Assembly (NCBI GenBank): GCA_964521425.1
Contig: CAZFRO010000011.1
Span: 13,534-77,533, forward strand
DNA length: 64,000 nucleotides
Reading direction: 5' to 3'
From: an uncultured bacterium
GTDB taxonomy: Bacteria; Joyebacterota; Joyebacteria; Joyebacterales; Joyebacteraceae
In this document: positions 17,986 to 27,510 of the stretch, piece by piece
How positions within the stretch are numbered: position 1 is the stretch's first letter
Layout of the letters: each line of letters begins with the position of its first letter
Translations under genes and position numbers: made by a program
Notes under the pieces: generated by a model
The model's input: only the letters and a program-made list of their open reading frames with translations
What the model was told of the DNA's origin: nothing
The model's database searches: none

Positions 17986-18348
17986 ATGACCATCCTCCCG
18001 AGGGAGACGGAGAGGGCGACCGTACTCCACATGGCCGGGTCCATTGGAGGAGCGCGCGACCTCGGCCGGCTGCATCGACACCTTGCCGGCCTTCTGGCCT
18101 TGCGTAAGACGCGAATCGTCCTCGATTTCTCCGACGTGGATCACGTGGACTACCAGGACGCGGGAGAACTCGCTAAGGAGTTCGAATTCGTCCATTCGTA
18201 CCGAGGTGAATTGATGGTAGCCGGTCTGAGCCCATACGTGAGGAACATCTTGCTCCTCGCAGGACTCCACGGCTTCCTCGAGATGAGCACATACGGCGCG
18301 AACACATACATGGGGCCGGCATCTACCCACGATCTTCGAGCGAGCTGA
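17986..18348 (+). CDS. STAS-domain protein (SpoIIAA-like anti-sigma-factor antagonist fold) lacking the phosphorylatable Ser.
   Basis: VLDFSDVDHVDYQDAGELAKEFEFVHSYRGELMVAGLSPYVRNILLLAGLHGFLE aligns with the STAS consensus (vlDlsgvtfiDSsGlg...GgelvlvglspqvrrvleltGl). The DSSG Ser position is DYQDAG here. Lies between mraZ and rsmH. Confidence 0.6.
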   Translation: MTILPRETERATVLHMAGSIGGARDLGRLHRHLAGLLALRKTRIVLDFSDVDHVDYQDAGELAKEFEFVHSYRGELMVAGLSPYVRNILLLAGLHGFLEMSTYGANTYMGPASTHDLRAS

Positions 18349-18376
18349 CCGTACTCGCCCGTCCCGTTCTCGCCGT

Positions 18377-19354
18377 TTGCAGCAAAACGCCGCGTATCTG
18401 AAACAAAGCGAAGTGAGAATGCAGGCTCTGCATCTGCCAGTGATGGTTGCCGAGGTCATCGACTACCTCGTAACCCGCACGGATGGTCAGTATATCGACT
18501 GCACCCTGGGTGGTGGGGGGCACGCGAGTCGGATTCTCAATAATGCTCCAGCCGGCCGGCTCCTTGGTCTGGACCTGGACAGCACGGCATGCGACGAGGC
18601 CGAGAAGGTGCTCAAGCCGTTCGGAGAGAGAGTGGAGATCGCAGAAGGTAATTTCGCAGATCTGTCCGTACTCGCCGGCGAGCGGGGATTCGCCGGAGTG
18701 GACGGCATTCTCTTTGATCTTGGGTTCTCCTCCATGCAGCTCGACGATGCGGAGCGCGGATTCAGCTACAGCTTTGACGGACCGATCGATATGCGCCTGG
18801 GCAGAGACCACGGCATGAGCGCCTTGGGGCTCATCGCGAAGAGCGATGAGCGGTCGCTGTCTCAGATTCTCTACAGGTTTGGAGAGGAACATCGTGCTCG
18901 TCCCATCGCACGGGCCATCATCGAGGCTAGAGACGCGGGGCGATGCCAGACAACGGCGGAACTGGCAAACGCTGTGGTGAGCACTAAGCCCCGGAACCGG
19001 AACAAGACCCTGGCCCGTGTGTTTCAGGCGCTCAGAATTGCTGTCAACTCTGAACTCGACAACCTGCGCTCTGGCCTGGCACAGGCGGAATCACTCCTGC
19101 GCACGGGTGGAAGGGTCGTCGTTATCTCGTATCACTCGCTAGAAGATCGCATCGTCAAACAGCACTTCGTGAGGGCCGAGCGGCCGTGCGTCTGTCCGAG
19201 GGACCTTCCAGTCTGCGCGTGCGGGCGCAAGCCCACACTGCGCATTCTCACACGGCGCGTGGTTCGACCGCGCGACGTCGAGATCGCAGGAAACCCGAGG
19301 GCACGGTCGGCGAAGCTCAGAGCTGCAGAGAAACTGGCTCCGCACGAGAACTGA
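18377..19354 (+). CDS. rsmH: 16S rRNA (cytosine1402-N4)-methyltransferase RsmH (MraW).
   Basis: HLPVMVAEVIDYL...YIDCTLGGGGHASRIL SAM-binding motif. Position in the dcw cluster. Confidence 0.92.
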   Translation: MQQNAAYLKQSEVRMQALHLPVMVAEVIDYLVTRTDGQYIDCTLGGGGHASRILNNAPAGRLLGLDLDSTACDEAEKVLKPFGERVEIAEGNFADLSVLAGERGFAGVDGILFDLGFSSMQLDDAERGFSYSFDGPIDMRLGRDHGMSALGLIAKSDERSLSQILYRFGEEHRARPIARAIIEARDAGRCQTTAELANAVVSTKPRNRNKTLARVFQALRIAVNSELDNLRSGLAQAESLLRTGGRVVVISYHSLEDRIVKQHFVRAERPCVCPRDLPVCACGRKPTLRILTRRVVRPRDVEIAGNPRARSAKLRAAEKLAPHEN

Positions 19355-19444
19355 CCGGGCCGCCGGTCTGTCGGAGGCCATGAGGCGCCGGCAACCGGTC
19401 AGCCCGGGAAGACGTGGAACCAAGGCGGAGAATCAGATCCGGGG

Positions 19445-19846
19445 ATGAATGGAGGCACGAGGATCGTGAAGAAGCCTGGTCCCATCACACGACTAGTGAA
19501 CAGGGTGGGTGGACCACTTCACGCGAAGGGGCTTCTGATCTGGTGCGCCGTGCTCGTGACCGGCGTCCTCTGCATCTGGCAGCAGGTCTACGCCACGAGA
19601 CTCGCATCCGAGATCGATGAACTCCAGCACAGACGGGAATGCCTCAGGACGGAGATTGGGTTTCTGAGAATGGAGTGTGTGTCCCTCTCGAGCCGGGAGC
19701 GGATTCAGGAATACGCAGAGGACCGCCTCGGCATGCGTCATCCGAAGCCGGGCGAGATCATTCGCCTTGAGGATGCCATTATCAGTCGCACGATTCGGCC
19801 GGAGGACCTGGCCGCGGGGATCGACGATGCACATACCAACGGTTAG
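19445..19846 (+). CDS. ftsL: Cell division protein FtsL (single TM plus coiled-coil).
   Basis: 133 aa with one TM helix (LLIWCAVLVTGVLCIWQQV) followed by a leucine-zipper-like coiled coil. Sits between rsmH and ftsI. The start may be internal. Confidence 0.7.
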   Translation: MNGGTRIVKKPGPITRLVNRVGGPLHAKGLLIWCAVLVTGVLCIWQQVYATRLASEIDELQHRRECLRTEIGFLRMECVSLSSRERIQEYAEDRLGMRHPKPGEIIRLEDAIISRTIRPEDLAAGIDDAHTNG

Positions 19847-21944
19847 AGACACAACGACCGGGCACGTCCACCCGAAGCGATTCAGCGCGGCGCTTCTTGT
19901 GGGTTTGGGCGTGTGGGCGTTCATTCTGTTGCGCCTGATCCTGATCCAGGTCGTGCACGCGCCCCGTCTGGCCAGTCTGGCAGAGCGTCAGCAGGTTGTG
20001 GAAGTCAAGCTGGCTCCCGAGAGGGGTCAGATCTACGACAGGAACATGGTTCGCCTCACCGATAACCTCACAGTCAGTTCCATCTGTGCCTACCCCGGGG
20101 AGATCAAGTCGCCGAGGACCGTAGCACGGGGGCTGGCGAGAGCACTCGGCGGCTCCGCGGCTTCGTACGAGGCACGCCTCAGGAAGAAGACGAGCTTCGT
20201 GTGGATTGAACGTCAGGTGGAGCCTGCGAGAGCTGAGGCTCTTGCGGCGCTCGATCTTCCGGGCATCGAGTTCCTCGCTGAAACAAAGCGGGTCTATCCG
20301 TTCGGCAGGGGCGCGTGCCATGTCATCGGATACACGGACATCGACGGGAGCGGCATCTCCGGAATGGAGAGCCGTATGGACGACCTGCTCACCGGCTCTG
20401 AGGCAACGATCTACTACTACATGGACAGCAGACACCAGCGTACGCCCGCACCGGCCAGCACTCGAACGACTCCCGACGACGGCAAGTCGGTTGTGCTCAC
20501 CATCGACATGAACCTGCAGGCGATCGCCGAGGTTGAGCTTGAACGCACAGTGTGGGAGTACGGGGCGAAGAGCGGGATCGTGGTCGTGCAGGATCCATGG
20601 ACCGGAGACATTCTCGCGATGGCCAACTGGCCGTCCTTCGACTGCAACCGGCCGGATCGCTTCGCTGAGGAGAACTGGCGCAACAGAGCGGTGACCGACC
20701 AGTTCGAGCCGGGATCGACTTTCAAGGTCTTCACGGCCTGCGCCGCTCTCGCCACAGGCGCCGCCGATCTGACATCCGTCTACTACGCATTCCAGGGGAA
20801 GGGGCGGTTCGGTAGCTTCACCATTCGGGATGTCAAGCCGCACGGCTGGATGGACTTCGAAACGGCGCTCGTGAAATCGTCTAACGTTTGCTTCGCGCAG
20901 ATAGCAGGTGAAGTCGGAGAGAGTCCTCTCTATTCGTACGCGAGAGACTTCGGATTCGGCTGTCTCACGGCCGTCAATCTCCCCGGTGAAGTGCGCGGGA
21001 CACTCAGGGAACCGACCGAATGGAGCTCACGCTCCGTGCACACGATAGGCATCGGGCAGGAGGTCGCAGTAACGGCGATTCAGCTCGTCACCGCCTACTC
21101 CGCCATTGCGAACGGCGGCTTCCTCATGGAGCCGCGCATCGTGAAGTCAGTTCTCGACGACGATGGACGGGTCGCGGAGGAGGCGAGACCGTGCGTCGTC
21201 CGGCGCGTCGTTGATCCGGAGGTCGCTGCTGCTGTGCGCGGCATCATGTTTGAGGTGACAGAGCGCGGAACCGGGATGAAGGCTTCGCCCAGTGAAGTGA
21301 GCGTGGCCGGCAAGACGGGTACCGCCCAGAAGGTTGTGCCGGGCATCCGCGGGTACGCGCCCGGGAAATGGGTCTCATCGTTCGTCGGCTTCGCTCCGGT
21401 TGAGGAGGCGGGGATCGTCTGTCTGGTTCTGCTGGACGAGCCGAGCGGGAGAGGTCTGGGCGGGCAGGTAGCGGCTCCGGTCTTCCGTCGCATCGTTGAG
21501 CAGCTAATCAGAGGATCCGGTCACGACCTGGTGTTCGGGAGACAGCGGCTAGAGAGGCGAGCGGACGGGGATCCTCTCTACTGTGATGCCGCTCTGAACG
21601 CCGCATCGGACATGAGTGCCTCATCCGACCCCGGCTCAGAAGACCGCGGTTTCGGGATTGGCGAGAGCCTCATCACACTGGCGGTACCGCTACAGAACCT
21701 GGCCGGTGCGTCCGACAACATGACCGCCACCATCCTGCCGGCCTCTGGTGGTGTGGACGCCGGCGATCCGGCGCGCATGCCCGAGCTTCGCGGGATGAGT
21801 GTGAGAGCCGCCCGCAGACTTGCCACGAGTTTCGGGCTTGCTGTGGCTTTCGAGGGGAACGGATTGGTTCAGACGCAGTCACCAAGACCCGGGTCGGGGA
21901 TTGAGCCGGGAGACAGGGTCTTCTTGACCTGCGCTCCCGGATAG
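19827..21944 (+). CDS. ftsI: Peptidoglycan D,D-transpeptidase FtsI (PBP3 class B) with a C-terminal PASTA domain.
   Basis: TM anchor. STFK (GSTFKVF), SSN (VKSSNVCF) and KTGT motifs. C-terminal PASTA-like segment MPELRGMSVRAARRLATSFGLAVAFEGNGLVQTQSP. Start taken as the ATG at 19827 (MHIPTV...); the ORF is open from 19677. Confidence 0.9.
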   Translation: MHIPTVRDTTTGHVHPKRFSAALLVGLGVWAFILLRLILIQVVHAPRLASLAERQQVVEVKLAPERGQIYDRNMVRLTDNLTVSSICAYPGEIKSPRTVARGLARALGGSAASYEARLRKKTSFVWIERQVEPARAEALAALDLPGIEFLAETKRVYPFGRGACHVIGYTDIDGSGISGMESRMDDLLTGSEATIYYYMDSRHQRTPAPASTRTTPDDGKSVVLTIDMNLQAIAEVELERTVWEYGAKSGIVVVQDPWTGDILAMANWPSFDCNRPDRFAEENWRNRAVTDQFEPGSTFKVFTACAALATGAADLTSVYYAFQGKGRFGSFTIRDVKPHGWMDFETALVKSSNVCFAQIAGEVGESPLYSYARDFGFGCLTAVNLPGEVRGTLREPTEWSSRSVHTIGIGQEVAVTAIQLVTAYSAIANGGFLMEPRIVKSVLDDDGRVAEEARPCVVRRVVDPEVAAAVRGIMFEVTERGTGMKASPSEVSVAGKTGTAQKVVPGIRGYAPGKWVSSFVGFAPVEEAGIVCLVLLDEPSGRGLGGQVAAPVFRRIVEQLIRGSGHDLVFGRQRLERRADGDPLYCDAALNAASDMSASSDPGSEDRGFGIGESLITLAVPLQNLAGASDNMTATILPASGGVDAGDPARMPELRGMSVRAARRLATSFGLAVAFEGNGLVQTQSPRPGSGIEPGDRVFLTCAPG

Positions 21945-21953
21945 AGGGCATCT

Positions 21954-23477
21954 GTGCTTCAGAAACTCGGTGACATTCTCAGAGGAAGCGGCGTGCAGTT
22001 TCAGATTGCCGACATGCACGGGAAGACCTCGATCGATGAGATCGACGTGAGCGCCGTGGAGCATGACTCACGGATGGTGAAAGAGAATGGTCTCTTTGTC
22101 GCCGTCAGAGGGTTCGTCTCCGATGGGCACTCCCATGTGGCCGAGGCTGCGAGGCGGGGAGCAGTCGCCGCTCTCGTTGAGGAGCCGACCGGCGCTTCCG
22201 GGGTCACGGAGATCGTGGTCGCCGACACGCGATCCGCGATGGGTCCCGTGGCGCACGAATTCCACGGAAGACCGTCGGAGCATCTCAAGATTCACACGAT
22301 CACGGGGACAAACGGCAAGACGACGACCCTTCACCTCATCGATTCGATTCTCAAGGAGAGCGGCATCAAGACGGGCGTCATCGGGACCTTGGGGTATCGC
22401 GGGGCAGGGGCGGGCACGGCCGCAGAACGGACGAGCCCGGAATCGACCGACCTGGCCAGACTCCTGGCATCGATGCTGGACGATGGTGTCGAGGCTGTCA
22501 CGATGGAGGTGTCGTCACACGCTCTCTCTCTCGGGCGCGTGCTTGGCATGAAGATGGACACGGCGACATTCACCAATCTGTCGCATGACCACCTCGACTT
22601 CCACGGCTCGATCGCGGAATACGGCGCTGCCAAGAGCAGGCTGTTTGATCTCATAGCAGGCGACGCCAACAAGCCGGGGGCATCGGCGATCGTGAATCGC
22701 GACGACGCCTTCGGCCGGGAGATCCTGGCGTCACTGTCGGACGCCGAGAGAGTCACGGTGCTTTCCTACGGGATGACCGATGGGGACGTATACGCCTCGA
22801 ACGTTGAGACGGCCCCTGAGGGAACGACGGCCGTCTTCCACACGCCGGTCGGCGACGTCGACGTACAACTCAATCTCATCGCCGGCTTCAACGTCATGAA
22901 TGCCCTGGCGGCCACCGCCGTGGCCGTTACCCAGGGTATCTCGCTCGACGCGATCCGTGCCGGCCTCAGCAACGTGACGCGTGTTGCCGGAAGGCTGGAG
23001 CTTGTCCCGGGAGCGCGTGGGTTCTCGGTTGTTGTCGATTACGCACACACTCCCGACGCTCTTGAGAAGGTCCTTGCGGCCGTCCGGGATCTGAATCCGG
23101 CTCGCGTCATAACAGTATTCGGATGTGGCGGCGACCGAGACCGGAGCAAGCGCCCGGTGATGGGTCGCATCGCCGCTCTCGCATCGGATCTGGTCATGGT
23201 CACCTCGGACAACCCGCGGACAGAGGAGCCCGGCGCCATCATCGCCGAGATCCTCGAGGGCGTGCGTGAGGCCGGTGGTAGCTCCGAGGTAACCGTCATT
23301 GAAGATAGGCGGGAGGCCATCGTGGCTGCCGTCAGAGCGGCCGCAACCGGTGACATCGTTGTCATCGCCGGGAAGGGGCACGAGGACTACCAGATCATCG
23401 GCAGTGAGACACTCCACTTCGATGATCGTGAAGAGGCCCGGGCGGCGATCGCTGCCCGAGAAGCAGAGGCGCACTGA
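21954..23477 (+). CDS. murE: UDP-N-acetylmuramoyl-L-alanyl-D-glutamate--2,6-diaminopimelate ligase MurE.
   Basis: ITGTNGKTTT P-loop. DNPR motif (DNPRTEEP) indicating meso-DAP specificity. dcw position. Confidence 0.93.
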   Translation: MLQKLGDILRGSGVQFQIADMHGKTSIDEIDVSAVEHDSRMVKENGLFVAVRGFVSDGHSHVAEAARRGAVAALVEEPTGASGVTEIVVADTRSAMGPVAHEFHGRPSEHLKIHTITGTNGKTTTLHLIDSILKESGIKTGVIGTLGYRGAGAGTAAERTSPESTDLARLLASMLDDGVEAVTMEVSSHALSLGRVLGMKMDTATFTNLSHDHLDFHGSIAEYGAAKSRLFDLIAGDANKPGASAIVNRDDAFGREILASLSDAERVTVLSYGMTDGDVYASNVETAPEGTTAVFHTPVGDVDVQLNLIAGFNVMNALAATAVAVTQGISLDAIRAGLSNVTRVAGRLELVPGARGFSVVVDYAHTPDALEKVLAAVRDLNPARVITVFGCGGDRDRSKRPVMGRIAALASDLVMVTSDNPRTEEPGAIIAEILEGVREAGGSSEVTVIEDRREAIVAAVRAAATGDIVVIAGKGHEDYQIIGSETLHFDDREEARAAIAAREAEAH

Positions 23478-24872
23478 ATGGAGAGGGTGCTCTTGATCGA
23501 GATGGCACAGGCCCTGGGTGTGGTCAGCGACGGTCCTCCGGCTGCGGTAGCAGCGGGGGTCTCGATCGATTCACGGACCACGCGTGCGGGCGATCTCTTC
23601 ATCGCCATCCGCGGAGAGCGCTACGACGGGCACGAGTTCATCGGCGCGGCGTTCGAGCGAGGTGCCGTTGCCGCGGTGGTTGCCGAGTCGGTCGAGATCC
23701 GATCGGGTTCAGGACCGCTCGTCCGCGTTCCTGACACGACCGATGCTCTCCTGACCCTGAGCGGCTGGTACAGAGACAGGTTCGCACCGCGCGTCGTTGG
23801 TGTGACGGGAACGAACGGCAAGACGACGACCAAGGACATGACCGCCGCGGTGCTGGCCGAGAAATGGTGTGTGGCAAAGACAGCGGGCAACTACAACAAC
23901 CACATCGGAGTCCCGCTCACGCTCTTCGGAATAGAAGAGCGGCACGATGCGGCCGTCGTCGAGATCGGCATGAGCAACCCGGGCGAGATTGCGCGCCTGG
24001 GAGCGGTGGTGAAGCCGCATGTGGGCATCATAACGAATGTCTCAGAGGCACACATCGAGACGATGCACGACATAGAGACGGTGGCAGAGGCCAAGGGAGA
24101 GCTTCTGGACGTTCTTGAGCCTGGAGGAAGCGCCATCCTGAATGCGGATGATCCTCGTGTCATGTCGCAGGCGGGGCGAACTCGGGCAGACGTTACGACG
24201 TTCGGTCTGTCGGAAGGCGCCGACGTGAGAGCTGTCGCCATGGAGACGAGTGCATCCGGTGTGCGCTTCCGCGTCGAGAAAAGCGACACCATAGGCGTGT
24301 CCACCACGATCACCCTTCCGGTTCCCGGGCGGCACAACGTGATGAACGCCCTCGCCGCCATCGCCGCAGGTGCGGTGCTCGGCGTGCCGGCGAGTGAGGC
24401 GGCGGGTGCGCTGTCGGGCTTCGAACCGAGTCCGATGAGGATGGCCATCCTGACCGTCGGAGGAAGAACGGTCATAAACGACGCCTACAACAGCAATCCA
24501 GGATCGCTTCGAGCCGCGCTCGAGACTCTCGTGTCAGTGGGACGCGGGAAGGAGACCGCCGCGGTGATAGGAGACATGCTCGAGATGGGCGAGAGGAGCG
24601 AGGACGTCCATCGCGAGGCCGGTGTCACGGCAGCAGAGCTTGGCGTGGAGAGGCTCTATCTCTTCGGAAGCGAGATCGAGGCTCTTCGGGACGGAGCGAT
24701 AGACAGCGGAATGCCACCCGACAGGGTGAGAGCGTATAGAGATAAGGACGCACTGGCACGGGATCTTGATAGAGACCTCGCACCAGACGGCGTTGTTTTG
24801 TTGAAGGGGTCGCGCGGAATGCGCATGGAGGAAGTGGTTGAGTTGCTGGTGAAGGAGACGCCCGTCTCCTAG
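23478..24872 (+). CDS. murF: UDP-N-acetylmuramoyl-tripeptide--D-alanyl-D-alanine ligase MurF.
   Basis: VTGTNGKTTTKDM, Mur ligase middle and C-terminal domains. Its start is contiguous with the murE stop. Confidence 0.92.
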   Translation: MERVLLIEMAQALGVVSDGPPAAVAAGVSIDSRTTRAGDLFIAIRGERYDGHEFIGAAFERGAVAAVVAESVEIRSGSGPLVRVPDTTDALLTLSGWYRDRFAPRVVGVTGTNGKTTTKDMTAAVLAEKWCVAKTAGNYNNHIGVPLTLFGIEERHDAAVVEIGMSNPGEIARLGAVVKPHVGIITNVSEAHIETMHDIETVAEAKGELLDVLEPGGSAILNADDPRVMSQAGRTRADVTTFGLSEGADVRAVAMETSASGVRFRVEKSDTIGVSTTITLPVPGRHNVMNALAAIAAGAVLGVPASEAAGALSGFEPSPMRMAILTVGGRTVINDAYNSNPGSLRAALETLVSVGRGKETAAVIGDMLEMGERSEDVHREAGVTAAELGVERLYLFGSEIEALRDGAIDSGMPPDRVRAYRDKDALARDLDRDLAPDGVVLLKGSRGMRMEEVVELLVKETPVS

Positions 24873-24912
24873 CCAGCGGGACCACTTGGCTCCCCATCGG
24901 AAAAGGGCTGAC

Positions 24913-25995
24913 ATGTTGTATCATTGGTTGTACCCCCTAAGGGACTACATATCTGCCTTCAATGTTTTCCGATACATCACCTTCCGTTCGGCGTACGCGG
25001 CCATGACAGCCCTGCTCATAAGCTTCCTCCTGGGCCCCTTCTTCATTCGCATGCTCAAGCGCCACGCGCTCACCAATGGCGTGCGCGAATACGCACCGGA
25101 GTCGCACATCGACAAGGCCGGAACGCCAACGATGGGTGGACTTCTCATTCTCGTCGCTACGATCGTTCCCACGCTTCTGTGGGCACGCCTCGACAACGAG
25201 TTCATCTGGCTCATGGTGATGACCACGCTCTGGCTTGGGCTCGTTGGTTTCACGGATGATTACCTCAAGGTCGTCAGGAAGCGCAGGAAGGGACTGGTCG
25301 CGCGCTACAAGCTTGCCGGACAGCTCGTGCTGGGGCTCGTCATCGGAGCGTTGATCTACCGCGGGACGTTCATCGCGGATCCAACGAACGTGGCGGTCCC
25401 GTTCCTTAAGGATGCGTTCCTGTCTCTCGGTCCGGCCTATGTGCTCTTCGTGATGATCGTCATCACGGCCAGCTCCAATGCGGTGAATCTGACCGACGGT
25501 CTGGACGGTCTCGCGATAGGCCTGGTTGTCTTCTGCGCACTTGTGTTCGCCGCCATGAGCTACGTCACGGGACACGTCAGGTTCAGCGACTACCTGAACA
25601 TCCCGTTCATATCGGGGGCAGGGGAACTCACGGTCTACTGCTCTGCGCTCATGGGCGCCGGGCTCGGGTTCCTGTGGTTCAACTCACACCCCGCTGAGAT
25701 CTTCATGGGTGACACGGGTTCGCTGGCGGTAGGTGGTGCACTCGGAACACTGGCGATTCTGATCAAGAAGGAGGTGTGGCTTTTGATCGTCGGCGGGATC
25801 TTCGTCATCGTCGCCGCGTCGGTCATCATCCAGGTCGCCTCATACAAGCTTCGAGGCAAACGGGTGTTTCTCATGGCTCCTCTCCATCACCATTTCCAGA
25901 AGCTGGGGTGGCAGGAGAGCAAGATAGTCGTACGATTCTGGATCGTTGGAGCTCTCTTCGCGCTCCTCTCGCTCTCGACGCTGAAGCTTCAGTGA
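24913..25995 (+). CDS. mraY: Phospho-N-acetylmuramoyl-pentapeptide-transferase MraY.
   Basis: Polytopic protein with NAVNLTDGLDGLA and the HHH motif (MAPLHHHFQK). ATG at 24913; the ORF is open from 24886. Confidence 0.93.
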   Translation: MLYHWLYPLRDYISAFNVFRYITFRSAYAAMTALLISFLLGPFFIRMLKRHALTNGVREYAPESHIDKAGTPTMGGLLILVATIVPTLLWARLDNEFIWLMVMTTLWLGLVGFTDDYLKVVRKRRKGLVARYKLAGQLVLGLVIGALIYRGTFIADPTNVAVPFLKDAFLSLGPAYVLFVMIVITASSNAVNLTDGLDGLAIGLVVFCALVFAAMSYVTGHVRFSDYLNIPFISGAGELTVYCSALMGAGLGFLWFNSHPAEIFMGDTGSLAVGGALGTLAILIKKEVWLLIVGGIFVIVAASVIIQVASYKLRGKRVFLMAPLHHHFQKLGWQESKIVVRFWIVGALFALLSLSTLKLQ

Positions 25996-26082
25996 TTGGG
26001 GCCTTGCACAGGACGCACGACTCGAACCGGAAAGCGTAGCGTGACCTCATGAAAACCGGTTGGTGGGGAGCCAAAGAGCGAA

Positions 26083-27510
26083 GTGGGAGGAGGGGTGTAC
26101 TCCTTGGGAACTCGGGTACGGCGAGAGCTGGCAGGGAAGAGAGTGCTCGTGGTCGGTTTGGCGAGAAGCGGAAGAGCGGCAGTCGATCTGCTTCTGAGCG
26201 TGGGAAGCAAGGTGGTGGCGGCCGATCGCAGGGGCGAGTCCGAACTCGCTCTCTCCTCCGTGGACTGGCGCGAGAGAGGAGTTGAACTCGTGCTTGGTGA
26301 GCATCCTCGTGGACTCACGAACGGTATCGATCTCGTGGTCACCAGCCCGGGAGTGCCGCTCACGGCTCCTCTTCTGTGCGAGGCGCGCGACAACGGCATT
26401 CCCATTATCGGAGAACTCGAGCTTGCGTATTCATACTCAGATGCGGAGTGGGTAGCAGTGACGGGAACGAACGGAAAGACGACCACCACGGCCCTCATCG
26501 GGGAACTCGTGAGTAGCTCGGGACGCCGGGTTGCCGTCGGCGGGAATATCGGCGAGGCGATATCCGGAGAGATCATCGGTCTGCCGCCCGACGGGCTCGT
26601 CGTCGCGGAGGTGTCGAGCTTCCAGCTGGACACGATCGAGACCTTCAGGCCGCATGTCGGTGTCCTGCTCAACATCACAGAGGACCATCTCGACCGTTAC
26701 GACTCGTACGATGACTACATTGCAGCGAAGCTCAGGATCTTCGAGAACCAGACCTCCGACGACTACGCGGTTCTGAACATCGACGACGAGCTTCTCAATA
26801 AGGCTATGCATGAAATACCCGGGACTGTTGTTCCCGTGAGCAGATTCAGGGAAGTCGAAGGCGGCGTCTTCGTGCGGGACGGATGGATAGTGTCGCAGAT
26901 CGGTGGTCGTGAGACGGCCGTCATGCCCGTGAGCGAACTCGGCCTTCCGGGGCCGCACAATCTCTGGAACTCACTCTCCGCACTGGCGGCGGCGCTTCTC
27001 GTCGACATCGATTATGTGGATGCGTCAGACGTGCTCAGGACGTTCAGGTCCCTCGAACACCGGCTGGAGGACGTGGCTCTGATAGATGGAGTGCGCTATG
27101 TAAACGACTCGAAGGCGACCAACGTCGACTCCGTCAAGTACGCGCTCATGAGCTACGACGCCCCGATCATCTGGATAGGGGGGGGCAGGGACAAGGGCTC
27201 GGCGTTCGATATCTTGAGGGAACAGGCGGGCCAGGGTGTGAAGGAGGCCATCTTCATCGGAGAGGCTTCGGCCAAGATGAAGGCCGCGTTCGATGGGATT
27301 GTGCCCGTCAGGCTCGCGGAATCGCTCAGGGAAGCGATCGAGCTGGCCAGGACGACGGCCGAACGCGGCGATGTCGTTCTCCTGTCACCGGCTTGCGCGA
27401 GCTTCGATATGTTCAAGGACTTCGAAGACCGGGGACGCAGATTCAAGGATGAGGTAGCCCGGCTGGTGAACGCGGCCGCGGGGCACGGCGGGAAGGGGAA
27501 CAAGGCGTGA
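26083..27510 (+). CDS. murD: UDP-N-acetylmuramoylalanine--D-glutamate ligase MurD.
   Basis: VTGTNGKTTTTALIGE, with a Rossmann-like N-terminus (KRVLVVGLARSGRAAV). Confidence 0.92.
   Translation: MGGGVYSLGTRVRRELAGKRVLVVGLARSGRAAVDLLLSVGSKVVAADRRGESELALSSVDWRERGVELVLGEHPRGLTNGIDLVVTSPGVPLTAPLLCEARDNGIPIIGELELAYSYSDAEWVAVTGTNGKTTTTALIGELVSSSGRRVAVGGNIGEAISGEIIGLPPDGLVVAEVSSFQLDTIETFRPHVGVLLNITEDHLDRYDSYDDYIAAKLRIFENQTSDDYAVLNIDDELLNKAMHEIPGTVVPVSRFREVEGGVFVRDGWIVSQIGGRETAVMPVSELGLPGPHNLWNSLSALAAALLVDIDYVDASDVLRTFRSLEHRLEDVALIDGVRYVNDSKATNVDSVKYALMSYDAPIIWIGGGRDKGSAFDILREQAGQGVKEAIFIGEASAKMKAAFDGIVPVRLAESLREAIELARTTAERGDVVLLSPACASFDMFKDFEDRGRRFKDEVARLVNAAAGHGGKGNKA

Noticed and set aside
19677-19826. 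50-codon N-terminal extension of ftsI (MCPSRAGSGFRNTQRTASAC...).
   Set aside because: It overlaps the ftsL 3' end in a different frame with a non-protein-like composition. The TM-anchored FtsI N-terminus begins at the ATG at 19827.
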